A stretch of DNA of 64,000 bases from the NCBI GenBank assembly GCA_050014195.1, contig JBEKDT010000003.1, positions 128,001 through 192,000 on the forward strand. The letters run 5' to 3'. The notes below the pieces were generated by a model. That model worked only from the letters and a program-made list of their open reading frames with translations. It made no database searches and was not told where the DNA came from. The position numbers were made by a program, and so were the translations under genes. Of this stretch, positions 10,064-20,280 are shown piece after piece. Every line of letters starts with the position of its first letter. Within the stretch, counting starts at the first letter, position 1. Source of the stretch: Desulfomonilia bacterium (GTDB lineage: Bacteria; Desulfobacterota; Desulfomonilia; UBA1062).

Positions 10064-11272
10064 ATGAAGAGGAGAATGAGAAATGCATTGATCATGGGAG
10101 GTATGCTGCTTGTTACCTGTATGCTTACAGCACCGGTAATCTATGCCAAGGACATCAAGGTGGGCGCTGCCATCAACCTCACCGGCCCGGCATCCACCTG
10201 GGGCCAGTACCATGCCAAGGGACAGCAGGACTACTTCAAGTATGTCAACGAGGTCAAGGGTGGGGTCAAGGGCAACAAGATCCAGATGATCACGGTTGAT
10301 ACCGCATATAAGGCGCCCGAGGCCGTAGCTGCGGTAAGGAAGTTCGCCATGCAGGACAAAGTGGACATGATCGCCACCTGGAGCGCAGGAGAAGGCATCC
10401 AGGCAAAGCCTCTGCTCCAGCAGTTCAAGATCCCAGCCATCAACTACTCCACGGCCTGGGAGATCCTCCAGCCGCCTGTTGACTATATGTACCTGCCTTT
10501 CGGCAACTACAAGCTCGACTGCCAGGTGGTCATGGAATATATTGCTGCCGTGCATAAAGGCCCCGGTGCACCGAAGGTCGGCCTGCTTACTTACAACAAC
10601 CCCTACGGCCGCTCCATTCACGAGCCGAGCAGGGAATACGCCAAGGGTAAGAACATAGACTTGGTCACCATCGAGGAGTTCCCGCCACAGACGGTGGACC
10701 TCACCACCGAGCTCTTGCGGCTCAAGCAGAAAGGCGCTCAGTATGTGTTCATACAGATGCTGCCTGCTGCCATTATCAGCACGCTCAAGAGCGCAGACCG
10801 CATCGGTTACAACCCCGTCTTCATCGGCACCTGGACTTCAACCGACCCCGATTTTTTTAAAAACGGCAAAGGCCTCATCCGCGATCGCGTGAAGATGCAG
10901 TTCTGCGGCGGCCTGCCATCGGACAAGGCCCCGGGCATGAAGATCATGGAGGAGCTCTGGAAGCGATATAAGAGCGTCGAGTCCTTTGATACCGCCTACT
11001 GGGAGGGCGTGGTCGTGGGCATGATCATGGAGAAGGCCTTCATCAGGGCCCAGGAGAAGTTCGGACAAATCACACCCGAGAACATCAACAAGGCCCTCGA
11101 GACATTCAATAACGAGGACTTCGGCGGTCTGGTCCCCAATATTACCTATACCAAGGAAGACCACGGTGCATCCTTCACGGGCCGTATCGTCCAGATACAT
11201 GAGAACGGCACATTCACCCCGTTGACCAACTTCTTCACACCCGGCAAGGACAAGATCCAGATACTGAAGTAG
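10064..11272 (+). CDS. LIV-family ABC transporter substrate-binding protein
   Basis: Signal peptide, IKVGAAINLTGPA, GGVKGNKI; GGAGG RBS. Confidence 0.92.
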   Translation: MKRRMRNALIMGGMLLVTCMLTAPVIYAKDIKVGAAINLTGPASTWGQYHAKGQQDYFKYVNEVKGGVKGNKIQMITVDTAYKAPEAVAAVRKFAMQDKVDMIATWSAGEGIQAKPLLQQFKIPAINYSTAWEILQPPVDYMYLPFGNYKLDCQVVMEYIAAVHKGPGAPKVGLLTYNNPYGRSIHEPSREYAKGKNIDLVTIEEFPPQTVDLTTELLRLKQKGAQYVFIQMLPAAIISTLKSADRIGYNPVFIGTWTSTDPDFFKNGKGLIRDRVKMQFCGGLPSDKAPGMKIMEELWKRYKSVESFDTAYWEGVVVGMIMEKAFIRAQEKFGQITPENINKALETFNNEDFGGLVPNITYTKEDHGASFTGRIVQIHENGTFTPLTNFFTPGKDKIQILK

Positions 11273-11330
11273 CAAAGGATAACGAGTGAGGGCATTTCGA
11301 GGGCATCCACGAATATTCTCCACCGAACTG

Positions 11331-12137
11331 ATGGCGCTCAGGCAGGCCGAGCTGGAAGTCAAAGGCCTGTCTCTCGCCTTCGGCGGCATCCAGGCCGTCA
11401 AGAATGTGGACCTGTCCGTCCACACCGGCGAACTCGTGGCCGTCATCGGGCCCAACGGCGCAGGTAAGACCAGCCTTCTGAACTGCATCACCGGATACTA
11501 CAAGGCAACCTCAGGTGACATCATCTTCAATGGCCGAAGCATCGTGCGCATGCATACACACAAGCTCACCTCGCTGGGCATCGGCAGGACCTTCCAGAAC
11601 ATCGAGCTCTTCCCGGGCATGACCGTTCTCCAGAACATGCTGCTGGCCCGCCACACCCGCTCCTCCTATAACTTCGGCCTGGCGTGCCTGTATTCCCCTT
11701 CAGTCAAAAAAGAAGAGATCGCTCACCATGAGATATTGGAAGAGATCATCGATTTCCTTGAGATGCAGTCCATACGCAAGGAGCTCGTAGGATCACTGCC
11801 CTATGGCCTTCGCAAGCGGGTGGAGCTCGGCAGGGCCCTTGCCTCGGAGCCCAGCCTGCTCGTGCTGGACGAACCCTTTGCCGGCATGACCCTGGAAGAA
11901 AAGGAAGACATGGTACGCTTCCTGCTGGAACTGCACGACGGCTGGGGCCAGACCATGATCCTGGTGGAGCACGACATGTCCATCGTCATGAGCATATCCG
12001 AGCGGGTCATTGTGCTCAACTTCGGGGAGAAGCTTGCCGAGGGCCTGCCGGAGGAAATCCAGGACCACCCCGAGGTCATCAAGGCCTACCTCGGAGACAC
12101 CACGGACCTTGGCTTGAGCATACAGGAAAGGGCATAG
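11331..12137 (+). CDS. LivG-like ABC ATP-binding protein
   Basis: GPNGAGKTS, RTFQN, LPYG..KRVELGRAL, LDEP, VEHD. Confidence 0.93.
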   Translation: MALRQAELEVKGLSLAFGGIQAVKNVDLSVHTGELVAVIGPNGAGKTSLLNCITGYYKATSGDIIFNGRSIVRMHTHKLTSLGIGRTFQNIELFPGMTVLQNMLLARHTRSSYNFGLACLYSPSVKKEEIAHHEILEEIIDFLEMQSIRKELVGSLPYGLRKRVELGRALASEPSLLVLDEPFAGMTLEEKEDMVRFLLELHDGWGQTMILVEHDMSIVMSISERVIVLNFGEKLAEGLPEEIQDHPEVIKAYLGDTTDLGLSIQERA

Positions 12138-12146
12138 GGGTAGAGC

Positions 12147-14096
12147 ATGGGCGAAGGAAACTCTTCCAGGAAGGTCAGCACCGAGCATCTCGAAGAATTG
12201 GCCGAGGGCACCCTGCCCCAGGCCCTTGCAAAGCAGGCCGAGCTTTTTGGTAACAAGCATCTCGCCATCCGAGAGAAGGCCTACGGCATCTGGCAGACCT
12301 ACACGTGGGAAGACTACCTGTCGTATGTGAAATACACCGGGCTTGGGCTCAAGGCCTTGGGGCTTGGCCGTCACGACCACGTGGGCATCATCATGAACAA
12401 CCACCCCGAGTGGCTGTTCACCCAGCTTGGCTCCCAGGCCTTCGGCGCTGTTACATTAAACCTATTCACCTCGGCCATTGCAAACGAATTGGCCTCTGCC
12501 CTGAACCGCATCCAGGCGAGCTTCGTCATCGTGCAGGACCAAGAACAGGTGGACAAGCTCCTGGAGCAGATGGGCAAACTCACCCACCTTAAGTTCATCA
12601 TCTACGTGGACCCCACGGGTATGAGGGGTTATGCGAGCAACAAGATCCTCATGAGCTATAAAGACCTGCTGGACCTCGGCAGGAAGCATGAGGCCAGGCA
12701 CCCGGGTCTTTTTGCCGAGGAACTTTCCAAGGGCAAGGTGGGGGATGTTGCCCATATGATCCTGACATCGGGCACCACGGGCATATCCAAGCTCGCCATG
12801 CTCAGCCACAAGAACTATGCGGACATGGGAACGAAGTGGACCTTGTCTTCTCCGGTCTATATCGGGGCCAACTGGCTTTCCATGACCCCTCCAGCCTGGA
12901 TCGTGGACCAGATGTGGGGTTTCGGCGTGGCGCTCTTAGGCGGCATGACCATGAACTTCCCCGAGACGCCCGAGACCGTGACCGCCGACTTCCGCGAGAT
13001 CGGGCCGAGTCTGCTCATTTCTTCCTCACGCTTCTGGGAGGACCTAGCCTCAAAGATCAGGGTCAAGATAGATGATGCAGGGCCCATCAACCGGGCCTTC
13101 TTTGCGTTTGCCGAGCGTATCGGCTTTGCCTCTATCGACCGGAAATCATCCAAAAAGCCCATCCCTTTTGGCCTACGGCTCCTGCATGGCCTGGCCAAGA
13201 CTTTTGTGTTCAATCACCTGATGGACCGTGTGGGCTGCTCACAGTTCATCAGCGCATACACCGGGGGCCATCCCATCAGTCCAGATGTAATCCGTTTTTT
13301 CAGGGCCTGCGGATTGAACCTCAAGCAGTGCTACGGCCTTACAGAGACCTGCGGAATCTTCCAGGTGCAGCCCGATGACGAGGTGAAGCCCGAGACCGTA
13401 GGCAAGCCGCTGCCCGGCACCCAAGTGAAACTGTCCAAGGACCAGGAGGTCATGGTTCTCTCCGGCTCGATCTTTGAAGGATACTACAATGACTATGAAT
13501 CCACCCAAAAGGCCTTTGAAGACGGGTGGTTTTTGACCGGCGATGCAGGCTACTTCGACGATGACGGACACCTCATCATCATCGGGAGAAAGCAGGACAT
13601 CATCCGCGACAAGGAAGGCAACGCATTCTCCCCTGACTTCATTGAGACCAGGCTTAAATTCTCTTTATATATAAAGGAAGCGGTCATCTTCGGTGAAGGC
13701 CGCCCCTTCATTACGGCGCTCATCAACATCGATATGGGTAACGTGGGCAACTGGGCCGAGGACCGCATGATCCCCTATACGACGTATACCGATCTCTCTC
13801 AAAGGCCCGAAGTGGAACAACTGATCCTTGAAGAGGTGAAAAAGGTCAACACCGAGCTGCCGGGGCCCATGAAGATCAAGCGGTTCATCCTGCTCTACAA
13901 GCTGCTGGATGCCGACGATGAGGAGCTCACCCGAACGGGTAAGGTGAGGAGGCGTTTCGTCTATGGCCTTTATCTACCCATGATCGAGGCCATGTACTCG
14001 GAACTCAAGGAGCTCCCGGTAAAGGGCAAGGTCCGCTACCGTGACGGCCAGGTGGGCATGATCGAAACTATAGCCCACGTGATTACCCTTAGCTGA
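12147..14096 (+). CDS. AMP-binding acyl-CoA ligase (long-chain FACL-like)
   Basis: TSGTTGISK, YGLTE, GWFLTGDAG, ELTRTGKVRR. Confidence 0.9.
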   Translation: MGEGNSSRKVSTEHLEELAEGTLPQALAKQAELFGNKHLAIREKAYGIWQTYTWEDYLSYVKYTGLGLKALGLGRHDHVGIIMNNHPEWLFTQLGSQAFGAVTLNLFTSAIANELASALNRIQASFVIVQDQEQVDKLLEQMGKLTHLKFIIYVDPTGMRGYASNKILMSYKDLLDLGRKHEARHPGLFAEELSKGKVGDVAHMILTSGTTGISKLAMLSHKNYADMGTKWTLSSPVYIGANWLSMTPPAWIVDQMWGFGVALLGGMTMNFPETPETVTADFREIGPSLLISSSRFWEDLASKIRVKIDDAGPINRAFFAFAERIGFASIDRKSSKKPIPFGLRLLHGLAKTFVFNHLMDRVGCSQFISAYTGGHPISPDVIRFFRACGLNLKQCYGLTETCGIFQVQPDDEVKPETVGKPLPGTQVKLSKDQEVMVLSGSIFEGYYNDYESTQKAFEDGWFLTGDAGYFDDDGHLIIIGRKQDIIRDKEGNAFSPDFIETRLKFSLYIKEAVIFGEGRPFITALINIDMGNVGNWAEDRMIPYTTYTDLSQRPEVEQLILEEVKKVNTELPGPMKIKRFILLYKLLDADDEELTRTGKVRRRFVYGLYLPMIEAMYSELKELPVKGKVRYRDGQVGMIETIAHVITLS

Positions 14097-14113
14097 GGTA
14101 TTGGAGATACGGC

Positions 14114-14992
14114 ATGGAATTTTTCTTTCAGCTTCTCATCAACGGCTTAAGCATCGGTCTTCTCTACGGACTGTCCGCCCTGGGCTTTGTCATGATCTTC
14201 AAGTCGTCATCCGTGCTGAATTTTGCCCATGGCCAACTGCTTGCCATAGGGGCCTTCATGTTCCTGGTCCTGGTATCCTGGGCCAAGGTCCCGGTGATCC
14301 TTGCCTTCCTCCTCACGCTGGCCCTCAGCTTTGTGCTCGGTTTTGTAGTGGAGCGTATCTTCCTCAGGCCTTTGATCGGGGAGTCCCTCATCTTTGTCAT
14401 CATGCTCACCGTAGGCCTGGCATCCATGTTCAAGGGCCTGCTCCTGTTCTTCTTCGGCGGCAACCTCCAGACATACCCCGACTTTCTGCCGCAGGGCCTT
14501 GCCATTACCCTAGGCAACATCTATATCCCGCCGGTATATGTGGCATCCTCGCTCCTGGGGGGTGTCTTCCTGTTACTCTTCGGGCTCTTCTTCAAGTACT
14601 CTTCCCAGGGCATCTACATGCGCTCGGTGGCCGACAATCAGACGGCAGCCCTGTCGCTGGGGGTCCACGTGAAGAAGGTCTTTGCCCTTTCCTGGGCCAT
14701 TGCCGCAATGGTGGCAGGCATGAGCGGCATCGTGCTGGGGATCATCAACGGCATTAATGTTCATGAAATAAGCTCGATCGGTCTAAAGGTCTTCCCGGTG
14801 GTGATCCTGGGCGGGCTGGACAGCATCGGCGGGGCCATCATCGGCGGCATCATCATCGGACTGCTGGAGACCTTCACCTCCGGGTACATCTCTCCATCAC
14901 TACGCGATGTGATCCCGTATATCGTCCTGGTGTTCATCCTGCTCGTGAAGCCGTACGGCCTCTTCGGGCTTGTTGAGATCGAGAGGGTGTAG
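14114..14992 (+). CDS. LivH-like ABC permease
   Basis: NGLSIG..Y, VLNFAHG, VILGGLDS; hydrophobic. Confidence 0.93.
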   Translation: MEFFFQLLINGLSIGLLYGLSALGFVMIFKSSSVLNFAHGQLLAIGAFMFLVLVSWAKVPVILAFLLTLALSFVLGFVVERIFLRPLIGESLIFVIMLTVGLASMFKGLLLFFFGGNLQTYPDFLPQGLAITLGNIYIPPVYVASSLLGGVFLLLFGLFFKYSSQGIYMRSVADNQTAALSLGVHVKKVFALSWAIAAMVAGMSGIVLGIINGINVHEISSIGLKVFPVVILGGLDSIGGAIIGGIIIGLLETFTSGYISPSLRDVIPYIVLVFILLVKPYGLFGLVEIERV

Positions 14993-15005
14993 GAGAGAAT
15001 CGACG

Positions 15006-16076
15006 ATGAAACGGCTGCAATTTCACCCCTGCGGGAACTACAAGGAACACTACGGGGCAGAACTCACCATCTTTGAGACCGACTTCGGAAGGATGTGGGC
15101 CTGCATCTCTCTGGTATTCCTCTTTGGCGTGGCTCCCTTCATCTGCAGCCCATACCTCCTCTATGTCCTGAACATCACCGGCATCACGGCCATCGCCGCC
15201 CTGGGCCTGAACATCCTTGTCGGGTTTACCGGCCAGATATCGCTGGGCCACGGGGCATTCTTCGGGGTCGGTGCATATGCCGGCGCCATCCTGGCCACCA
15301 CCGTGGGGCTGCCCTTCTGGGTGGCCGTGCCGGCTGCCGGGCTGGTCACGGCATTTGTGGGCATGATCTTCGGCATCCCATCAGGCAGGCTCAAGGGTCT
15401 ATACCTGACCATCGCAACCCTGGCGGGCCAGTTCATCATCGAATATATCCTGGTGCACTGGGACAGCCTCACCAAAGGGACCATGGGAATCATGCTGCCT
15501 ACAGCCTCGTTATTCGGCCTTGCCATTAACTCGGACATGCGATTTTTCTATGTGATTTCCATATGCCTGGTTTGTACCACCCTGGTTGCATCAAACCTCA
15601 TGCGCACACGGTACGGCAGGGCCTTCATCGCCATCAGGGACAATGACCGGGCGGCCGAGGGCATGGGTATACCCATCTTTTTCTACAAGCTCCTCTCCTT
15701 TGCCGTCAGCTCATTCTATGCAGGTTTTGCAGGCGCCCTCTGGGCATTCTACATGAAGAGTATCTCCACCGAACCCTTCACGCTGGGGTTGTCTGTCGAA
15801 TACCTTGCCATGGTCATCATCGGGGGGCTGGGCAGCATTCCCGGCTCCATCTTCGGTGCGGTGTTCATCACAGGCCTCAATGAGATCCTGCGCTTTGCCA
15901 CGGATGCCATGATGAACATCGGGGCTTTCCACGGCTTCGGATTAAACATGGCATCATTGCGCGAATTCGCCTTCGGGCTGGCCATTGTTCTGTTCATCCT
16001 CTTCGAGCCCAAGGGACTTGCCGAACTGTGGAGGATAGTGCGTTCCTCCTTCAGATTATGGCCGTTCTCATACTGA
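15006..16076 (+). CDS. LivM-like ABC permease
   Basis: GLNILVGFTGQISLGHGAF, YLTIATLA, GRAFIAIRDND. Confidence 0.93.
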   Translation: MKRLQFHPCGNYKEHYGAELTIFETDFGRMWACISLVFLFGVAPFICSPYLLYVLNITGITAIAALGLNILVGFTGQISLGHGAFFGVGAYAGAILATTVGLPFWVAVPAAGLVTAFVGMIFGIPSGRLKGLYLTIATLAGQFIIEYILVHWDSLTKGTMGIMLPTASLFGLAINSDMRFFYVISICLVCTTLVASNLMRTRYGRAFIAIRDNDRAAEGMGIPIFFYKLLSFAVSSFYAGFAGALWAFYMKSISTEPFTLGLSVEYLAMVIIGGLGSIPGSIFGAVFITGLNEILRFATDAMMNIGAFHGFGLNMASLREFAFGLAIVLFILFEPKGLAELWRIVRSSFRLWPFSY

Positions 16077-16085
16077 GGTGACGAC

Positions 16086-16898
16086 ATGGAAGCCCTGAAC
16101 GCCGATACCCTGCTCCAGCTCAACAACATCAGCGTAGTCTATTCGGATGTCATCCAGGTCCTCAAGGGCGTATCCCTGCAGGTGCCGAGGGGCCGCATCA
16201 TCTCTCTCCTGGGCAGCAACGGCGCAGGCAAGACCACGACGCTCAAGGCCATCTCAGGTCTGCTCAAACCGGAAAACGGCAAGGTCACGGACGGCAATAT
16301 TATCTATGATGGCAAACATGTCCAGAATCTCTCACCCGAAGAGATCACCAGGCTCGGCATCATCCAGGTCCTCGAGGGCAGGCAGCCCTTCAAATACCTC
16401 ACTATCGAAGAAAACCTGAGGGTCGGTACAGCCACGCGCTGGACCAAGCCTTATAAAAAGGACCTAGAAATGGTCTACAATTATTTCCCGACCCTGGTGA
16501 AGCGCAGGAAGACTTTGGCCGGATACTGCAGCGGCGGCGAGCTTCAAATGGTTGTCATGGGCAGGGCCCTCATGGCCCACCCCAAGCTTCTCCTGCTGGA
16601 TGAGCCGTCACTCGGTCTTGCACCGCTGATTGTGAAAGAGATCTTCCGGATCATCAAGCGGATCAACGAGGAGCAGGGGACCACCATTATCCTGGTAGAG
16701 CAGAATGCCAATATGGCCCTGCAGATCGCCCATTTCGGATACGTCCTGGAAAACGGCCGTGTCGTGATGGAGGGCGAGGCGGGGCAGCTGAAGGAAAACC
16801 CGGATGTAAAGGAGTTCTACCTGGGTGTGAGCGCAGGCGGTGCAGCACGGTCGTATCGGGACGTAAAGTCATACAAGCGAAGGAAGAGGTGGTTGTAA
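16086..16898 (+). CDS. LivF-like ABC ATP-binding protein
   Basis: GSNGAGKTT, SGGELQM, LLDEPSLGLAP, VEQN. Confidence 0.93.
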   Translation: MEALNADTLLQLNNISVVYSDVIQVLKGVSLQVPRGRIISLLGSNGAGKTTTLKAISGLLKPENGKVTDGNIIYDGKHVQNLSPEEITRLGIIQVLEGRQPFKYLTIEENLRVGTATRWTKPYKKDLEMVYNYFPTLVKRRKTLAGYCSGGELQMVVMGRALMAHPKLLLLDEPSLGLAPLIVKEIFRIIKRINEEQGTTIILVEQNANMALQIAHFGYVLENGRVVMEGEAGQLKENPDVKEFYLGVSAGGAARSYRDVKSYKRRKRWL

Positions 16899-17003
16899 AA
16901 CGCGGCTGGACGCTGGCCTGTTGGTTAAGGAAGAGAGATATATTCTCTTAACCTCGCACCTAACACCAAAAAGCACCATGCCTATTTTTTTAAGGAGGAT
17001 GTT

Positions 17004-18260
17004 GTGAGCAAGTATCTTGATGATCTCGAAACCATGTCCCGATCAGAGCGTCAGTCATATCAGGACAAGCGGCTGGCCGAAATGGTACGTACCGGCTTTG
17101 AGAGGTCTCCCAAGCTCAGGTCCGTCTTACAGGATCGCGGTTTGAAACCTGTAGATATCCAGACTGTACAGGACCTAGAGAAGCTCCCCATTATTTCGCG
17201 GGAACAGATTGTAGGTATCGAGGCTCAGAATCCTCCCTATGGCGGTCTTGCTGATCCTGATGCGCACATCGAGCGTATCTTCATCTCCCCTGGGCCGGTC
17301 TATGAACCTCATCTTGGCTCTGATGACCCGCTGTGGGCCAGGGCTTACAAGGCAGCCGGATTTACTAAAGGCGACACTGTCCTGAACGCCTTCTCTTACC
17401 ATATGGTGGCAGCCGGGCTCACATTTCATGGAGGACTCAACATGGTGGGCGCAACAGTGGTCCCCTCAGGCACCTCAACCTCCCAGCAGCAGGTGCAGCT
17501 CATCAAAGATTTGAATATCACCGGTTATACCGGAACGCCGAGCTTCCTCATGTCCATCATCGACAAAGCGCGAGAAATGGGGTTTGATTTCTCAAAAGAT
17601 TTCAAAGTCAAGCGTGCCAGCTTTGCTGCCGAACCGCTCCAGCCGTCCCTAAGGCAGCGGTTCGAGACCGAGTATGGCATTGACACCTTCCAGATGTACG
17701 GCGCCACAGAGGTCGGTGATGTGGCGTATGAGTGCTCTGAGAAAAAGGGCTGGCACCTGTGCGAGGAAGTGATTGTTGAGATCGTGGACCCTGCAACGGG
17801 TATGCATGTAAATCCTGGTGAACTGGGCGAAGTTGTTGTAACACGTCTGAATCACATATTTTTCTTGTTGCGCTTCGGCACCGGCGACCTTTCAAGCATC
17901 ATCGAAGAGCCCTGCCCCTGCGGCAGGACATCATTACGGCTCGCAGGTATTGCAGGAAGGGTGGGCGATGCCGTTAAGGTGCGGGGCATGTTCGTCGCCC
18001 CAAGCCAGGTGAAAAGGGTCTGTGAGGGCTTCGAAGGGATTGGGGTCCAACTCGTCATCACCCGCTCCGGCCACCGGGACATCCTGACCGCAAGGCTCGA
18101 CACCAGGGGTGTTGACAGAGACCGCCCTGCACTCCAGTTGCAGTTCGAAAAGGTCTTTCAGGAAATCTGCACTGTCAAGGTCGATGCTGTTGAGTTCCTT
18201 GAACCAAGAAGCCTTAAGGATGACGCCAAACTGTTGGTTGATGAGAGGACGTGGAACTAA
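17004..18260 (+). CDS. phenylacetate--CoA ligase family protein
   Basis: LEKLP, SPGP, YTGTPSF, AEP, YGATEVG, EIVDP.TG, RFGTGD, CPCGRT, VKVRGMFV; AAGGAGG RBS, GTG start. Confidence 0.85.
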   Translation: MSKYLDDLETMSRSERQSYQDKRLAEMVRTGFERSPKLRSVLQDRGLKPVDIQTVQDLEKLPIISREQIVGIEAQNPPYGGLADPDAHIERIFISPGPVYEPHLGSDDPLWARAYKAAGFTKGDTVLNAFSYHMVAAGLTFHGGLNMVGATVVPSGTSTSQQQVQLIKDLNITGYTGTPSFLMSIIDKAREMGFDFSKDFKVKRASFAAEPLQPSLRQRFETEYGIDTFQMYGATEVGDVAYECSEKKGWHLCEEVIVEIVDPATGMHVNPGELGEVVVTRLNHIFFLLRFGTGDLSSIIEEPCPCGRTSLRLAGIAGRVGDAVKVRGMFVAPSQVKRVCEGFEGIGVQLVITRSGHRDILTARLDTRGVDRDRPALQLQFEKVFQEICTVKVDAVEFLEPRSLKDDAKLLVDERTWN

Positions 18261-18312
18261 TCCATTGTACGAGAGATACTAATATCTGGTTTACCATGTA
18301 CTCATTTTCTTA

Positions 18313-18573
18313 TCATTGTTTAATTTGTGCATTCATTTCCATTGTTGTTGGACTAGTGAGATGAAAATCCTTTGATATTGTGTAGTAATGAAGGACGCTA
18401 TTTTGCAGGAGGATCAAATTACATTTATTATATAAATCGTCCATAATCAGCACAGACATCTTTTTCCCTGCCTGTTTCGCTTCTTCTCGGAAATCAGCAA
18501 TCAATTCCATCATCTCAAGGATGGTTATTTCCTGATATTCACATAATCTGTTCCAGAATTTTTTCTCTTTCAT
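18313..18573 (-). CDS. small hypothetical protein in AT-rich patch
   Basis: Open frame of ~86 aa with AAGGA before MKEKKF; no recognisable motif. Confidence 0.45.
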   Translation of the reverse strand: MKEKKFWNRLCEYQEITILEMMELIADFREEAKQAGKKMSVLIMDDLYNKCNLILLQNSVLHYYTISKDFHLTSPTTMEMNAQIKQ

Positions 18574-18702
18574 GAAGCATCCTTGGCTATGCAATTAAAG
18601 ATAATAATGTAATAGAAGGAAACAACTGTCGATAATGAAAGATGGGTTATATATTAGTGATCTATTATCACTAATATTGAGAAGGCCTCTCCTATCCTAA
18701 TG

Positions 18703-18942
18703 TTAATCTTCTTTCTTAATCGCTTTCAATTTGAGAAGGTCGATATCCGTCATGGGTTGATACTTTTTAATTAAGCCGCCGATTGCCTCATTCACAAGGA
18801 GTGACAGTTCTTTTCCCGTCAAAGCAGAAAGGACTGTAAGGGCCTTCGCGTATCGCTCCTCGATGTAGTAGTTTCTCTTAATGAGCTTAACATTTTTATC
18901 ACCACTTCTCAGTTCTAGCGGTTTCCTTCCTCTTACACTCAT
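18703..18942 (-). CDS. small putative ribbon-helix-helix DNA-binding protein
   Basis: KRNYYIEERYAKAL..LSALTGKELSLLVNEAI fits the beta-alpha-alpha RHH pattern; GAGGG RBS. Confidence 0.55.
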   Translation of the reverse strand: MSVRGRKPLELRSGDKNVKLIKRNYYIEERYAKALTVLSALTGKELSLLVNEAIGGLIKKYQPMTDIDLLKLKAIKKED

Positions 18943-19195
18943 ATTTCCCTCACTATTTAATTTGTGTATTCATTTCTATTATGATTGTGCTTCTTCCTGG
19001 ATATTTTCAATCGGTTTGATCGTCTAAACTATATCAATTTATTAACATAAACATATTTGTTCCAGAGTTTTTCTACTACAACTAATCCTTATTTTCACAT
19101 ATTATGCCTAAATATACTTGCATTCAATATACAGCAAGTTTTTTTCTTCAGGATCATTAAGAATATTGGTTTCTATTTATATCTAAACTCCTTTT

Positions 19196-20275
19196 TTATA
19201 AAACCCTTGGCACAAACAGCTCTGTGAAGAGTCGCAGGAAAGCGGAATCAGTCAACCCTGCGATGAAATCCCTCACCATCTCGAAAGGATTATGGGTGTG
19301 GAGGTACCGCTCGCCAAGCCTGTTCAGGAAGTTTATGAAGACCGGTGAAGATTGATCTTTTTCTATAACGTCTTCCACGAGGCGGGAGAATACAAGCGAA
19401 TACATGGCCTTGATCTTAGTCGACTCCACCTTGACCAAAGGGTTGGTGTAGATCTTCACGTAGTTGAATTCCTTTAAGGCCATAAGTGCCTTGAAAATCC
19501 GTAGGGAATATACAATAACCTCTCCTGTAGAATGCCTGGCAAGGTCTTCCACCAGGGTATAGACGATCTTACCATTGGTATCGCCCAGCACGCGTACCAC
19601 AGCATCCGGAAGCTCATTTCTTGAGATGATGCCGAGCGATATGGCGTCTTCGATGTCTCTGCCGATGTAGCTCACCGTGTCCGCCACTCGTACCAGGCAA
19701 CCCTCCATGGTCATGGGCAAGGGGCTTTCACCCTTGAGGGCAGCGTACATCTTCCGGTCCAAATCCTCGAAGGTCACCCCTTTCTCGGGCGAGACGGACT
19801 GCTCGGTCATCTCGCCATTGTGGCACAGGATTCCATCAAGAACCTGTAATGTGAGATTCAGGCCTAAACCCGCCTTCTCGATGCGCTCAAGGGCTTGGAT
19901 AGCCTGGAGGTTGTGGCGGAATGGCCCGATGCCGGCATCTATGCAGAGTTCGTCCAAGTAATGCTCGCCGTCATGGCCGAAGGGCGGATGTCCGATGTCA
20001 TGGCCGATGGCGACGGCCTCGATGAGGTCATCATTGAGTCCCAGCTTTCTGCCGATGGTCCTGGCGATGCGGGACAGCAGCTGCACATGGATTACCCGGT
20101 GGGATATGCCCTGGTGCCCCACAAGGTAGAACACCTGGGTCTTGTCGATGTAGGATGTATAGGCCTGGGAGTGAAGAATGCGATCTACATCAATGGAGAA
20201 GGCATCCCTCATATCGGCCTTGCTCGACGCCTCAGGCCGCCTCCTGATACCATCTGCGGGATGGGACTTTTTCAT
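19196..20275 (-). CDS. dGTP triphosphohydrolase-like HD protein
   Basis: DRILHS..., KTQVF, HRVIHV, HDIGHPPFGHDGE, ADTVSY. Confidence 0.9.
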   Translation of the reverse strand: MKKSHPADGIRRRPEASSKADMRDAFSIDVDRILHSQAYTSYIDKTQVFYLVGHQGISHRVIHVQLLSRIARTIGRKLGLNDDLIEAVAIGHDIGHPPFGHDGEHYLDELCIDAGIGPFRHNLQAIQALERIEKAGLGLNLTLQVLDGILCHNGEMTEQSVSPEKGVTFEDLDRKMYAALKGESPLPMTMEGCLVRVADTVSYIGRDIEDAISLGIISRNELPDAVVRVLGDTNGKIVYTLVEDLARHSTGEVIVYSLRIFKALMALKEFNYVKIYTNPLVKVESTKIKAMYSLVFSRLVEDVIEKDQSSPVFINFLNRLGERYLHTHNPFEMVRDFIAGLTDSAFLRLFTELFVPRVL

Positions 20276-20280
20276 GATTA

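Noticed and set aside
16920-16955. Imperfect hairpin between the last ABC ATPase and the paaK-like gene
   Set aside because: Bulged, AT-rich stem with no adjacent U-tract; too weak to call.
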